63,494 bases of DNA from Oceanococcus sp. GTDB lineage: Bacteria; Pseudomonadota; Gammaproteobacteria; Nevskiales; Oceanococcaceae. The stretch lies in NCBI GenBank assembly GCA_041619315.1, contig JBFKEC010000001.1, forward strand, positions 1-63,494, written 5' to 3'. Below the pieces are notes generated by a model. That model was not told where the DNA came from. It saw nothing but the letters and a program-made list of their open reading frames with translations, and ran no database searches. Below, piece after piece: positions 36,392 through 49,308 of this stretch (its first letter is position 1; every line of letters begins with the position of its first letter). Made by a program: the position numbers and the translations under genes.

Positions 36392-38030
36392 AAACAGCCT
36401 CCTTGAACGGTTGCAGGCCTACACGCAGATAAGTGTCCATGAAATTTTCTTCGCCCTGGCGTTGATCGACATAGACCTCAACGATCTGCATCACCGCATC
36501 GACCACGCCGGCGCGTGAAACCGCCGCGCCCAGGCGGTCGCCCAAGCGCGCATCATTGCGTGAAGAGCCACCCAGGGTCAGCTGATACCACTCCTCACCT
36601 TTCTTATCCACGCCCAGGATGCCGATGTTGCCGACGCTATGGTGGCCGCAGCCATTCATGCAACCAGACATGTTGAGGCGCAAATCGCCCAGGTCATGCA
36701 GGTCGTCCAGCGATTCGAAACGCTCGTTCAATTCCAGTGCTACGCCAATTGAACCGGCATTGGCCAGGGCACAGAAATCCAGACCCGGGCAGCAAATGAG
36801 GTCAGTGATTTTCTCGATGTTCGGGGTCGCGAGCTGAAGAGCATCAAGGCGCTGCCAGATTTCGAACAGGGCATCCTCGCGCACATCGGTCAGCACCAGA
36901 TTCTGCTCGTGCATGACACGGATTTCGCTGTTGCAGTGCGCGTCAGCCAGATCGGCAATCGCGGCCATTTGTTGTGATGAGCAGTCGCCGGGCACTTCGC
37001 CAGGTGCTTTGAGCGAGATGATCACGGCCTTATAGCCGGGTTGCTTGTGTGCGCGAATATTGTTGCGGCACCACAATGCAAAGCGGGCATCATTCTTTTT
37101 GGCGGCTTCAAATGCTGCGCTGTCGATGTCATCGGCATAAGCCGGCAGCGTGAACCAGCCGAGTGCTTCATTGCGCTGAGCGGCAGTCAGGGTCAGGTCG
37201 CCATCCTTGAGATGGGCCCACTCTTGTTCAACCAGTTCGGCAAACCGTTCCGGTCCGGTTTCCTTGACCAGAATCTTGATGCGCGCCTTGTACTTGTTGT
37301 CACGCCGGCCGAGGCGGTTGTACACGCGCAACACGGCTTCCAGATAGGACAGCATGTGGGGCCACGGCAGTGCTTCGCGAATGCACGTTCCGATGATCGG
37401 GGTGCGGCCGAGGCCGCCGCCGACGATCACGTCAAAGCAGGGTTCCCCGGCGTCGTCGTGGCGCAGATGCAGGCCGATGTCATGCACCCGCGTGGCCGCG
37501 CGGTCCTTGGCGGTCGCCGATACGGCAATCTTGAACTTGCGCGGCAGAAAGGCGAATTCGGGATGAAAGGTCGACCACTGGCGGATGATTTCGCACCACG
37601 GCCGCGGATCTTCGATTTCGTCGGCGGCAACACCGGCCAGTGCATCGGTCGTGGTGTTGCGAATGCAGTTGCCGCTGGTCTGGATCGCGTGCATCTCAAC
37701 CGTAGCCAGTTCCGCGAGAATCTCCGGAACATCCTCAAGCTTGGGCCAGTTCAGCTGCAGGTTGGTGCGCGTTGTGAAATGTCCGTAGCCCTTGTCGTAG
37801 CGCTGCGCAATCTCACCCAGCTTGCGCAACTGGGTGGAGGACAGTGTGCCGTATGGAATGGCAATCCGCAGCATGGGCGCAAAGCGCTGAATATAAAGCC
37901 CATTTTGCAGGCGCAGCGGCAGATATTGAGCTTCGCTCAGGTCCCCGTCGAGATAGCGGCGGGTCTGGTCGCGAAACTGATTGACACGTTCGTTGACCAG
38001 GGTCTGGTCGAGTTCGGAATACTTGTACAT
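36384..38030 (-). CDS. cysI: Sulfite reductase haemoprotein (Pseudomonas-type CysI)
   Basis: LRLQNGLYIQ, HFTTRTNLQ, TSGNCIRN, LPRKFKIA, CPGLDFCALAN, SGCMNGCGHH. Confidence 0.93.
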   Translation of the reverse strand: MYKYSELDQTLVNERVNQFRDQTRRYLDGDLSEAQYLPLRLQNGLYIQRFAPMLRIAIPYGTLSSTQLRKLGEIAQRYDKGYGHFTTRTNLQLNWPKLEDVPEILAELATVEMHAIQTSGNCIRNTTTDALAGVAADEIEDPRPWCEIIRQWSTFHPEFAFLPRKFKIAVSATAKDRAATRVHDIGLHLRHDDAGEPCFDVIVGGGLGRTPIIGTCIREALPWPHMLSYLEAVLRVYNRLGRRDNKYKARIKILVKETGPERFAELVEQEWAHLKDGDLTLTAAQRNEALGWFTLPAYADDIDSAAFEAAKKNDARFALWCRNNIRAHKQPGYKAVIISLKAPGEVPGDCSSQQMAAIADLADAHCNSEIRVMHEQNLVLTDVREDALFEIWQRLDALQLATPNIEKITDLICCPGLDFCALANAGSIGVALELNERFESLDDLHDLGDLRLNMSGCMNGCGHHSVGNIGILGVDKKGEEWYQLTLGGSSRNDARLGDRLGAAVSRAGVVDAVMQIVEVYVDQRQGEENFMDTYLRVGLQPFKEAVYA

Positions 38031-38094
38031 GGCGGTCCGTCGTACACCCCGGGTTGGAAGCCATAGTTGGGGTGTGGGCGCGAAGGATACCAGT

Positions 38095-38156
38095 CACTGC
38101 TTATGCCATAAAGACGTTAAAGCGAGTATTGATATAACAAATATCGCTATAAGCGG
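38095..38156. promoter_or_regulatory. AT-rich cysI upstream region, candidate CysB-binding/promoter zone
   Basis: AT-rich island containing the TTATG-C-CATAA dyad between cysB and cysI; assignment to CysB is inferred from context. Confidence 0.35.
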
Positions 38157-38177
38157 TGGCCCGGCGATGGCCAGTGC

Positions 38178-40679
<2,502 letters not shown>

Positions 40680-40691
40680 TTCGCCAGACAC

Positions 40692-40719
40692 AAAAAAGGG
40701 GCCGCGAAGGCCCCTTTTT
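40692..40719. terminator. Bidirectional intrinsic terminator between cysG and yccA
   Basis: AAAAAAGGGGCC-gcgaa-GGCCCCTTTTT. Confidence 0.9.
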
Positions 40720-40736
40720 GCAGTCAAACTGACAAC

Positions 40737-41441
40737 TTAGTCTTCGCCAGCGGCGAAGCCCAGCAGATGCAGCAGGCTGGTAAACAGATTGTAGATTGCG
40801 ACGTACAGGCTGATCGTGGCCAGGATGTAGTTGGTCTGACCGCCATTCACAATATCGCCGGTTTCATACAGGATCATGCCGCACATCAGCACGGCGAACA
40901 TGGCCGACACGGCCAGTGCCAGCGGCTGCATGTGGAAGCCCATCAGGCTGGAAATCAGGGAAACGATAGCCAGGCCGAATGCGATCAAAATGCCGCCGAT
41001 AAGAAAGCCGCGCATGAAACTGAAATCGCGGCCGGATTTCACTGCGTAGGCGGACAGGCCGACAAAGATGCCGCCGGTCAGGCCGAATGCGGTCATCACA
41101 ATCTGGCCGCCATTGCCGAATGCACTGAGGTACATGTTGAGTACCGGGCCCAAGCCCAGCCCAAGCAGACCGGTGACCGCGAACACGGCATAGAGTCCTT
41201 TGGCGGAATTGGCGGTACGCGGAACCACGAACCACAGCAGGCCGATGGACACCATGCTGCAAGCCAGACCCGCGCCGTATGGCAGTCCGATCATCATCGA
41301 AACGCCAGCCATGGCGGCGCTGAACAACAGCGTGGCTGACAGCAACAGGTAGGTGTTGCGCAGCACCTTATTAACACTAAGGGCGCCACCAGCAGTAAAA
41401 CCAGCCGGCTGGGTGGCAACAGTCGAACGATACGAGTCCAT
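40737..41441 (-). CDS. yccA: Bax inhibitor-1/YccA family membrane protein
   Basis: NKVLRNTYLLLS, RDFSFM, ETGDIVNGGQTNYILAT..LYVAIYNLFTSLL; GGAG SD before ATG 41441. Confidence 0.92.
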   Translation of the reverse strand: MDSYRSTVATQPAGFTAGGALSVNKVLRNTYLLLSATLLFSAAMAGVSMMIGLPYGAGLACSMVSIGLLWFVVPRTANSAKGLYAVFAVTGLLGLGLGPVLNMYLSAFGNGGQIVMTAFGLTGGIFVGLSAYAVKSGRDFSFMRGFLIGGILIAFGLAIVSLISSLMGFHMQPLALAVSAMFAVLMCGMILYETGDIVNGGQTNYILATISLYVAIYNLFTSLLHLLGFAAGED

Positions 41442-41484
41442 ACGAGTCTCCAAATGAAAGGCTCAAGAGTGTGAGTTGCGAATC

Positions 41485-41511
41485 TTAGATCGCAGGGTAG
41501 CAGCAAAGTTC
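41485..41511 (-). promoter_or_regulatory. SigmaE (RpoE/AlgU)-type promoter of yccA
   Basis: Minus strand GAACTT-16nt-TCTAA. Confidence 0.75.
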
Positions 41512-41536
41512 TGAGCGCAGTGCGAGTGCGCCAGGC

Positions 41537-43495
41537 TTAGTCGCGTGATGTGGCGCCGCGACTGAGGCTGACCGTGCCGCGACCACCAGATTGCAGGTTG
41601 TCCAGCGTGGTGTCCAGATCCCGGGCGCGCAAACGCTTGCGAATTGCGCTGAGGATGCCGGTGGTGTCGAGACCACACTGCTGGAGCAATTGTTCACGCT
41701 CACCATGCTCGATAAATTGGTCCGGCAGCCCCAGATTCAAGACCCGAACCTGATCATGCTGGGCCAGCAGCACTTCGTTAACCGCGCTGCCTGCGCCGCC
41801 ACTGACGGCGTTGTCTTCCAGGGTCACGATCAGATCGTTCTGGTTGGCCATGTCGAGAATGATGCGTTCATCCAGCGGCTTGATGAAACGCATATCAACC
41901 ACGTCAGCATCAAGGATGTCGCCGGCTTCCAGCGCCGAGGCCAACATCGGGCCGAAGCTGAGTATGGCAACGCGTGGCTGACGACGGCCCTTACCCTGAC
42001 GCACGATACGGGCTTTGCCGATCTGGATAGGTTTGGCTTCGCCGGAAATTTCCACGCCCGGGCCGGTGCCGCGCGGATAGCGCACGGCGCTCGGGCCGTT
42101 GTGCAGCAGGCCGGTGCTGAGCAGGCGCTGGCATTCTTCTTCGTCAGCCGGCGCCATCAAAGTCAGATTGGGGACGCAGCGCAGAAAACTCAGGTCATAG
42201 GCGCCGTGATGAGTGGCGCCGTCGCCACCGACCAGACCTCCGCGATCGATCGCAAACAACACCGGCAGGTCCTGCAGGGCGACATCGTGAACCAGCTGGT
42301 CGTAACCGCGCTGCAGAAAACTGGAGTAGATCGCCACCACCGGCTTGGCGCCGTCGGCCGCAAGGCCGGCGCCAAAGGTAACGGCATGTTGTTCGGCAAT
42401 CGCTACGTCGTAATAGCGCTCCGGATAGCGCCGTTGAAATTCGACCAGACCACTGCCTTCACGCATTGCCGGCGTGACCGCGACCAGCGTTGGATGGGCC
42501 TCGGCCATCTGGCAGATCCAGTCCGAGAACACGTCCGTGTAGGTCGGTTTGGCGTGCGGTTTTTTGGGCGGGGTGGCGCCGGTGACCGGATCGAATCCGG
42601 GCACCGCGTGATATTTGATCGGGTCGGCTTCGGCCGGGGCGAAGCCATAGCCCTTGACGGTCAATACGTGCAGCAGCTTGGGTCCTGGCGTTTGCCGAGC
42701 CTTGGCCATGGCCGCCAGCAACGCATCGGTGTCATGGCCGTCGACCGGGCCGAAATAATGCATGCCCAGGGTTTCAAACAGTGCACCGGCTTCGCGTTCA
42801 GCCGACACATTACGCTTGGCGTTGGGCCGATCAAAGGCGGAATTGCGCAGCGACTCGGTAACAGGGGATTCCTGCAGTTTGCGCACCAGTCGCGCCGAAT
42901 GCTCGCGCAAGCCGCCGACATTTTCGGAAATCGACATGTCGTTGTCGTTATAAACAACGAGGACGTCCAGGCCGGTGGCGCCCAGATGATTCAGCGCTTC
43001 AAATGCCAGCCCGGCGGTCATGCCGCCGTCCCCGATAACGGCAACCACATCACGCTTCTGGCCGGTGACGCTGCGCGCCGCGGCCATGCCGGCGGCTGCG
43101 CTGATCGAGGTGCTGGAGTGACCGACACCAAAGGCGTCGAATTCGCTTTCATCACGGCACGGGAACGGTGCCAAGCCACCCAGCTTGCGGATGGTGTCGA
43201 GCTGACGGCGGCGACCGGTCAGGATTTTGTGTGGATAGGCCTGATGGCCAACATCCCAGATCAGACGGTCATTCGGCGTGTCGAACGCATAGTGCAGGGC
43301 AATGGCGAGCTCTACCGCGCCCAGGTTTGCACCAAAATGGCCACCTACGCGACCCAAGGTCTCGATCAGGCTCCGGCGCACCTCAGTGGCCAACAGCGGC
43401 AATTGCTCAGGCTTCAATGCACGCAGGTCTGCGGGCTTGTCGACACGGCCCAGAAGGGTATATGTGCTGTCGGGTTGCGGCTTGCTAGGAGGCAT
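41537..43495 (-). CDS. dxs: 1-deoxy-D-xylulose-5-phosphate synthase
   Basis: WDVGHQAYPHKILTGR, GHSSTSISA, GDGGMTAG, PAMREGSGL, DVAIAEQH, RYPRG. Confidence 0.96.
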   Translation of the reverse strand: MPPSKPQPDSTYTLLGRVDKPADLRALKPEQLPLLATEVRRSLIETLGRVGGHFGANLGAVELAIALHYAFDTPNDRLIWDVGHQAYPHKILTGRRRQLDTIRKLGGLAPFPCRDESEFDAFGVGHSSTSISAAAGMAAARSVTGQKRDVVAVIGDGGMTAGLAFEALNHLGATGLDVLVVYNDNDMSISENVGGLREHSARLVRKLQESPVTESLRNSAFDRPNAKRNVSAEREAGALFETLGMHYFGPVDGHDTDALLAAMAKARQTPGPKLLHVLTVKGYGFAPAEADPIKYHAVPGFDPVTGATPPKKPHAKPTYTDVFSDWICQMAEAHPTLVAVTPAMREGSGLVEFQRRYPERYYDVAIAEQHAVTFGAGLAADGAKPVVAIYSSFLQRGYDQLVHDVALQDLPVLFAIDRGGLVGGDGATHHGAYDLSFLRCVPNLTLMAPADEEECQRLLSTGLLHNGPSAVRYPRGTGPGVEISGEAKPIQIGKARIVRQGKGRRQPRVAILSFGPMLASALEAGDILDADVVDMRFIKPLDERIILDMANQNDLIVTLEDNAVSGGAGSAVNEVLLAQHDQVRVLNLGLPDQFIEHGEREQLLQQCGLDTTGILSAIRKRLRARDLDTTLDNLQSGGRGTVSLSRGATSRD

Positions 43496-43548
43496 TTTTT
43501 TCCCTGTTTGTGCGGGCATTATCCAACGCAAATGCGCTACCCGGCAAA

Positions 43549-44442
43549 TCAGCCTTTTCGGCTGATGACAAATTCAGCCAGCAGGTGCAGATATTCGGCC
43601 TGTGCACCAAGTTCGTGCAGCGTTGCGCGCGCATCATCAATGAGTGCGCGGGCCATGCTGCGTGACTCGCTCAGGCCGAACAGATTGGGGTAGGTGTTCT
43701 TGTCGCGGGCCCGGTCAGCGCCGACAGTTTTGCCCATTTCCTCGGCATCGCCGGTTTCATCCAGCACATCGTCATGAATCTGAAAGGCCAGGCCTACGCA
43801 TTTGGCGAAATGGTCCAGTGCCTGTTCCTGTTGGGCGGTCACATTCGGTGCGCAATAGGCTGCGGTTACAACCGCAGCGCGAATCAGTGCGCCGGTCTTG
43901 TGGATGTGCATGGCCTCAAGTTCGGCAGCGTTGAGACTTTTGCCTTCGGATTCCAGGTCAATGGCTTGGCCGCCGGCCATGCCGTGCGAACCGATCGCAT
44001 CGGCGATATGACGAATGATGCGCACGCGCACTGCAGGATCATCGGTGAGTTCATCGTCGGCCGACAAAATCCGGAAGGCCAGTGCTTGCAGAGCATCGCC
44101 AGCAAGGATGGCTGTGGCGTCATCAAAAGCTTTGTGACAGGTCGGCTTGCCACGACGCAGATCGTCATCGTCCATCGCCGGCAGGTCGTCGTGTACCAGC
44201 GAGTAGGCGTGGATCAGTTCGATGGCGGCAGCCAGACTGTCAACCTGCGTGCGCGGGATATTCAGCGCATCAGCGGTGGCGTAGATGAGCAGCGGACGAA
44301 AATGCTTGCCACCATTGAGTGCGGCGTAGCGCATCGCCTGGTGCAGGCGCTGGGGAAATTTTTCGCTGGCGGGCAGGCGTTTGGAAATCGCTTGTTCGAG
44401 CTGTTGGCTGCAGGCTTGTGCCCATTGGTCAAAGGCACTCAC
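43549..44442 (-). CDS. ispA: Farnesyl diphosphate synthase
   Basis: GGKHFRP, SLVHDDLPAMDDDDLRRGKPT, KTGAL, FQIHDDVLD. Confidence 0.95.
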   Translation of the reverse strand: MSAFDQWAQACSQQLEQAISKRLPASEKFPQRLHQAMRYAALNGGKHFRPLLIYATADALNIPRTQVDSLAAAIELIHAYSLVHDDLPAMDDDDLRRGKPTCHKAFDDATAILAGDALQALAFRILSADDELTDDPAVRVRIIRHIADAIGSHGMAGGQAIDLESEGKSLNAAELEAMHIHKTGALIRAAVVTAAYCAPNVTAQQEQALDHFAKCVGLAFQIHDDVLDETGDAEEMGKTVGADRARDKNTYPNLFGLSESRSMARALIDDARATLHELGAQAEYLHLLAEFVISRKG

Positions 44443-44690
44443 GCGTCGCTGTCTCGACTGTCCATGTCGCTGAGTTCAGCGCTGCCGTCACTGGCTTGAG
44501 TGAGTTGCTGAATTTTCAATTCAGCCTGTTTCAGCAGGGATTCACAGCTTTGCGACAAAGCCATGCCGCGCTCGAAATGTTGTACCGCCTTTTCCAGCGG
44601 CGCGTCTCCGGATTCCAGCGCTCGAACCAGTTCTTCGAGTTCAGCCAGTTTTTTTTCGAATTGATCCAGGGTTGCGTTTTCTGCAGGCAT
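44439..44690 (-). CDS. xseB: Exodeoxyribonuclease VII small subunit
   Basis: FEKKLAELEELVRALESG..LE....FERG..L...C...L..AE; xseB-ispA-dxs order. Confidence 0.93.
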   Translation of the reverse strand: MPAENATLDQFEKKLAELEELVRALESGDAPLEKAVQHFERGMALSQSCESLLKQAELKIQQLTQASDGSAELSDMDSRDSDA

Positions 44691-44864
44691 GCCGACGGTC
44701 GGGCCAAAGGGGCGGCAAGTTTAACCTGTCATGCCTGCCTGTGTGACAGTCACGTGACGTGATGGTGTGATGCGCTTCGCAGTTCCGGACCGGCAGTGAT
44801 GACTGCTATAGTCCGGCGCCTTATTAGCCCGTTTGGGCTGAACCTCATCAAAGCACTGGAATCA

Positions 44865-46757
44865 ATGAGCGAAGTCTACGACGCCTCGTCGATTGAGCTA
44901 CTCAGCGGCCTGGATCCGGTTAAACGCCGTCCCGGCATGTTCACCGACACCTCCCGCCCCAATCATCTGGCCCAGGAGGTCATCGACAACAGTGTCGATG
45001 AAGCCCTGCAAGGTCATGCGCGGCGCATCAAAGTGACTCATTTCAGCGATGGCTCGCTGGAAGTGGAGGATGACGGGCGCGGAATGCCGGTCGACATCCA
45101 TCCGGAAGAGGGTGTGCCCGGGGTCGAGTTGATCCTGTGTCGCCTGCATGCCGGTGGCAAGTTCAACAAGGACAACTACAAATATTCTGGCGGCCTTCAT
45201 GGGGTTGGGGTATCGGTGGTGAACGCCTTGTCCGAACGTCTGGATGTGACCGTGTGGCGTGGTGGTCAGGAATATCTGATCGGTTTTGCCCACGGTGACC
45301 GGGTGCGCGAACTGGAAGTGGTTGGCAGTGTCGGCAAGCAGCGCCGTGGTACGCGGGTGCGTTTCTGGCCTGAGGCCAGCTATTTCGACACGCCGAAATT
45401 CTCGCTGGCTAAGCTGCGCCATGCCTTGCGGGCCAAGGCCGTGCTTTGTCCCGGGCTTGAGGTCAGCTTGCTGGATGAGGCCACCGGCGAGACCGAAACC
45501 TGGTTGTATGAAGGCGGCCTCACCGCCTACCTCAACGAATCGCTGGATGGGCTGGAGCCGCTGCCTGCAGAACCACTGACCGGACAGTTTGCCGGTGAGC
45601 GCGAGGAAGCCTCTTGGGCCGTGGTCTGGCTGCCCAATGGCGGTGAAGGGCCGAGCGAGAGCTACGTGAATCTGGTCCCTACAGCCCAGGGTGGGACGCA
45701 TGTGAACGGGCTGCGTACCGGCCTGACTGAAGCTCTGCGCGACTTTGCCGAGACCCGCAATTTGCTCCCTCGTGGTGTGCGACTGGCGCCTGAAGACGTC
45801 TGGAGCGGAGTCAGCTATGTGCTGTCGGTCAAGCTTGAAGAACCCCAGTTCGCAGGTCAGACCAAAGAACGCCTGAGCTCACGCGAATGTGCGCCCTTTG
45901 TTTCGGGCGTGGTCAAGGACGCCACCAGCATGTGGCTGCATCGCCACCCGGAAACCGGCGACATCCTCGCCCAGTGGGTGATCAGTTGCGCCCAGAAACG
46001 TCTGCGTGCGGCCAAGAAGGTCACCCGCAAGCGGGTGGTCAGTGGCCCGGCACTGCCCGGCAAACTGGCCGACTGTGTGAGTGATGATCCGGCTCGTGGC
46101 GAACTGTTTCTGGTCGAGGGTGATTCGGCTGGTGGCAGTGCCAAACAGGCGCGCGATCGGAATTTCCAGGCCATTCTGCCGCTGCGCGGCAAGATCATGA
46201 ACACCTGGGAAGTCGATAGCGACACGGCGATGGGCTCGCAGGAAATTCATGACATCTCGGTGGCGCTGGGTGTCGATCTGGGCAGCGACAATCTGGAAGG
46301 CTTGCGCTACGCCAAGATTTGCATCCTGGCCGATGCAGACTCCGATGGGTTGCATATTGCGACCTTGCTATGCGCCTTGTTCATGCAACATTTCCGCCCG
46401 CTGGTTGCCGGTGGTCATATCTATGTGGCGATGCCGCCGCTGTACCGCATCGACGTCGGCAAGCAGGTGTTTTACGCCCTGGATGAGGCCGAACGGGCCG
46501 GTGTGCTGGATCGTATCCAGGCGGAAAAGCTCAAGGGCAAAATCAGTGTCACCCGATTCAAGGGGCTGGGCGAGATGAATCCGCTGCAGTTGCGTGAGAC
46601 CACCATGGCGCCGGACACGCGCCGGCTGGTGCGCCTGGAACTGATTGATGAGGCTGGTGCGTCGAGCATGCTCGATATGCTGCTGGCGAAAAAGCGCGCG
46701 TCGGACCGCAAGGTCTGGCTGGAGGCCAACGGCGACCGCGCGGATATCGAAGTTTGA
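44865..46757 (+). CDS. parE: DNA topoisomerase IV subunit B
   Basis: EVIDNSVDE, GGLHGVGVSVVNALS, LVEGDSAGGSAKQAR, DADSDGLHI, RFKGLGEMNP. Confidence 0.96.
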   Translation: MSEVYDASSIELLSGLDPVKRRPGMFTDTSRPNHLAQEVIDNSVDEALQGHARRIKVTHFSDGSLEVEDDGRGMPVDIHPEEGVPGVELILCRLHAGGKFNKDNYKYSGGLHGVGVSVVNALSERLDVTVWRGGQEYLIGFAHGDRVRELEVVGSVGKQRRGTRVRFWPEASYFDTPKFSLAKLRHALRAKAVLCPGLEVSLLDEATGETETWLYEGGLTAYLNESLDGLEPLPAEPLTGQFAGEREEASWAVVWLPNGGEGPSESYVNLVPTAQGGTHVNGLRTGLTEALRDFAETRNLLPRGVRLAPEDVWSGVSYVLSVKLEEPQFAGQTKERLSSRECAPFVSGVVKDATSMWLHRHPETGDILAQWVISCAQKRLRAAKKVTRKRVVSGPALPGKLADCVSDDPARGELFLVEGDSAGGSAKQARDRNFQAILPLRGKIMNTWEVDSDTAMGSQEIHDISVALGVDLGSDNLEGLRYAKICILADADSDGLHIATLLCALFMQHFRPLVAGGHIYVAMPPLYRIDVGKQVFYALDEAERAGVLDRIQAEKLKGKISVTRFKGLGEMNPLQLRETTMAPDTRRLVRLELIDEAGASSMLDMLLAKKRASDRKVWLEANGDRADIEV

Positions 46758-46925
46758 ATGGGGTCAAAGCTGAATCGGACTTGGCCCTGCGGGCCGTCTT
46801 GCGCGTCGCGTTTGGCAGCGAACGCGCGGACGCCCATGTATCGCTTGTTATCGGTCATTCGGGCCGGTGGCAGTACTGCAACGCGATTCACAAGGCCTCA
46901 GCTGGCCTGCGTGGAGTAAGCAACA

Positions 46926-49226
46926 ATGGTTGACATCACAGACATGGAGGCTCCCGAGAGCCTGCCGCTTTCCCAGTTTGCCGAACGGGCATACCTGGAT
47001 TATTCGATGTACGTCATTCTGGATCGCGCATTGCCGCATCTGGGTGATGGGCTCAAGCCGGTTCAGCGCCGCATCGTGTACGCGATGTCGGAACTGGGTT
47101 TGGGTTCGACCTCGAAGCCCAAGAAGTCTGCGCGTACGGTTGGTGACGTCATCGGCAAGTTCCATCCGCATGGCGATTCCGCCTGCTACGAAGCGATGGT
47201 GTTGATGGCGCAGGACTTCAGCTATCGCTACCCGCTGATTGACGGGCAGGGCAACTGGGGCGCGCCGGACGATCCCAAATCGTTTGCTGCCATGCGTTAC
47301 ACCGAGGCCAAGCTGACCCGCTATGCCGAGGTTTTGTTGTCCGAACTGGGGCAGGGCACAGTCGACTGGCAGCCCAACTTTGATGGCACGCTCAAAGAAC
47401 CCTGCACACTGCCTGCGCGTTTGCCCAACGTGCTGCTCAATGGCACCACCGGGATCGCGGTCGGTATGGCCACGGACATCCCGCCGCACAATTTGCGCGA
47501 GGTGGCCAGCGCCTGTGTGGCGCTGCTCGACAACCCGCAGCTGAGCGACGACGAATTGTTCAAGCTGGTTCCCGGGCCGGATTTCCCCACCGGGGCCGAA
47601 CTGATCACCCCCGCGGAAGACATTCGCAAGATGTACTTGAGCGGCAACGGTCAGGTCCGCCTGCGCGCCCGCTGGGAGCGTGAGGACAACGGCGATGTGG
47701 TGATCACGGCATTACCGCATCAGGCCAGCGGGTCCAAGGTGCTGGAGCAGATCGCCGCGCAGATGCGCAACAAGAAGCTGCCGTTGGTCGAGGATCTCAG
47801 GGATGAATCCGATCATGAGAACCCGACTCGAATCGTAGTGGCGCCGCGTTCGCGTCGGGTGGATGCGGACGAACTCATGAGTCACCTGTTCGCGACCACC
47901 GATCTGGAGCGTTCTTACCGGATCAACGTCAACGTGATCGGTCTGGACGGTCGGCCCCGTGTACGCGGCTTGCGCGATCTGCTGGTCGAATGGCTGGAAT
48001 ACCGCACGCAGACCGTACGGCGACGCCTGGAATACCGTCTCGGCATGGTCCGCGACCGCTTGCACGTGCTTGATGGCTTGCTGATCGCGTTCCTCAACAT
48101 TGATGAAGTCATCCACATCATCCGCACCGAGGACAATCCCAAAGCGGTGATGATGGAGCGTTTTAGTCTGAGCGAAATTCAGGCCGAAGCGGTACTCAAC
48201 CTCAAGCTGCGTCATTTGATGCGTCTTGAGGAGATGAAAATCCGTGGCGAGCAGGACGAACTGGCCAAAGAGCGTGATCACCTTGAATCACTGCTGGGTT
48301 CGGCAAGCAAACTGAAAAATCTGATCTCCAAGGAAATCACCGCAGATGCCGAGACCTACGGCGACGATCGGCGCACGCCGCTGGTTGAGCGCGAGCAGGC
48401 CAAGGCGATCGACGAAACCCAGATGATGCCCAGCGAGCCGATCACTGTGGTGCTGTCCAAGGCGGGCTGGATTCGCGCGGGCAAGGGCTACCAAGTTGAT
48501 CCGCAAAGTCTGAACTACAAGAGCGGTGACGAGTTCATGGCCGCGGCCAGCGGTCGTACAGGGCAGTTGCTGTCGATTCTGGATTCCAGCGGTCGGGCCT
48601 ATAGCGTGGCCTCGCATGGTCTGCCTTCTGCGCGCAGTCTGGGTGAGCCGCTGACCGGTCAGCTGAACCCGGCAGACGGGGCCACATTTATCGGCCTGAC
48701 CCTGGGCCCTGCCGACCAGCGCTATGTGCTCGCCAGTAGTGCGGGTTACGGCTTTATCGTCACGCAGGCGGACCTGCAAACGCGCAATCGTGCGGGCAAG
48801 GCGTGCCTGACGCTGCCCAAAGGCGCTGAGGTGTTGTCGCCGCTGCGTCTGGGCGCAGACCCGGAATCGTTGCGTCTGGCGATTATTTCCAACGTCGGTC
48901 GCTTGCTGATTCTGCCGCTGAGCGAATTGCCGCAGTTGCCACGTGGCAAGGGTAACAAGCTGATTGGTCTCAAGGCAGGTGAAGAGATCGCGCATTGGTG
49001 CCTGATGGCGCCGGGGCAATTGCTCAAGCTGGATGCGGGCAAACGCAGCTTTACCCTGAAAGCTGACGATATCGAGCGTTTCTCCGGCAAGCGCGCGAGC
49101 CGTGGCCAGGTTCTGCCGCGTGGCTTGCAGCGGGTTGATGAATTGCAGGTTATTGGCGAAGAATTGCCAGACGCATCGGCTGCCCCGACCAATGAAGAAG
49201 AGGATGGCGTCAGCGGCGGGGATTGA
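46926..49226 (+). CDS. parC: DNA topoisomerase IV subunit A
   Basis: [41 protein letters not shown]. Confidence 0.97.
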   Translation: MVDITDMEAPESLPLSQFAERAYLDYSMYVILDRALPHLGDGLKPVQRRIVYAMSELGLGSTSKPKKSARTVGDVIGKFHPHGDSACYEAMVLMAQDFSYRYPLIDGQGNWGAPDDPKSFAAMRYTEAKLTRYAEVLLSELGQGTVDWQPNFDGTLKEPCTLPARLPNVLLNGTTGIAVGMATDIPPHNLREVASACVALLDNPQLSDDELFKLVPGPDFPTGAELITPAEDIRKMYLSGNGQVRLRARWEREDNGDVVITALPHQASGSKVLEQIAAQMRNKKLPLVEDLRDESDHENPTRIVVAPRSRRVDADELMSHLFATTDLERSYRINVNVIGLDGRPRVRGLRDLLVEWLEYRTQTVRRRLEYRLGMVRDRLHVLDGLLIAFLNIDEVIHIIRTEDNPKAVMMERFSLSEIQAEAVLNLKLRHLMRLEEMKIRGEQDELAKERDHLESLLGSASKLKNLISKEITADAETYGDDRRTPLVEREQAKAIDETQMMPSEPITVVLSKAGWIRAGKGYQVDPQSLNYKSGDEFMAAASGRTGQLLSILDSSGRAYSVASHGLPSARSLGEPLTGQLNPADGATFIGLTLGPADQRYVLASSAGYGFIVTQADLQTRNRAGKACLTLPKGAEVLSPLRLGADPESLRLAIISNVGRLLILPLSELPQLPRGKGNKLIGLKAGEEIAHWCLMAPGQLLKLDAGKRSFTLKADDIERFSGKRASRGQVLPRGLQRVDELQVIGEELPDASAAPTNEEEDGVSGGD

Positions 49227-49249
49227 ACCGCGCCCAAATGACCCTATCT
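49223..49249 (+). promoter_or_regulatory. Sigma32-type heat-shock promoter of htpX
   Basis: TTGAAC-13nt-CCCTATCT versus consensus TTGAAA-N13/14-CCCCATNT; overlaps the parC stop. Confidence 0.65.
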
Positions 49250-49253
49250 AATG

Positions 49254-49287
49254 CGGGGTGTGGTCATTACGGCCGCACCCCGTTTTT
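49254..49287 (+). terminator. Intrinsic terminator-like hairpin after parC
   Basis: CGGGGTGTGGTC-attac-GGCCGCACCCCG-TTTTT. Confidence 0.7.
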
Positions 49288-49308
49288 GTGTCCAATCGGT
49301 TATTTCGC

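Noticed and set aside
41442-41536. tRNA-Ser often found beside yccA
   Set aside because: No cloverleaf or TTCGA/CCA pattern; the gap is explained by a sigmaE promoter.
41591-43693. 700-aa plus-strand ORF
   Set aside because: Antisense shadow of dxs with no recognisable motifs; long open antisense frames are expected with GC-rich codon usage.
46758-46925. Small gene or RNA between parE and parC
   Set aside because: Only short GC stems and no credible ORF with an SD.
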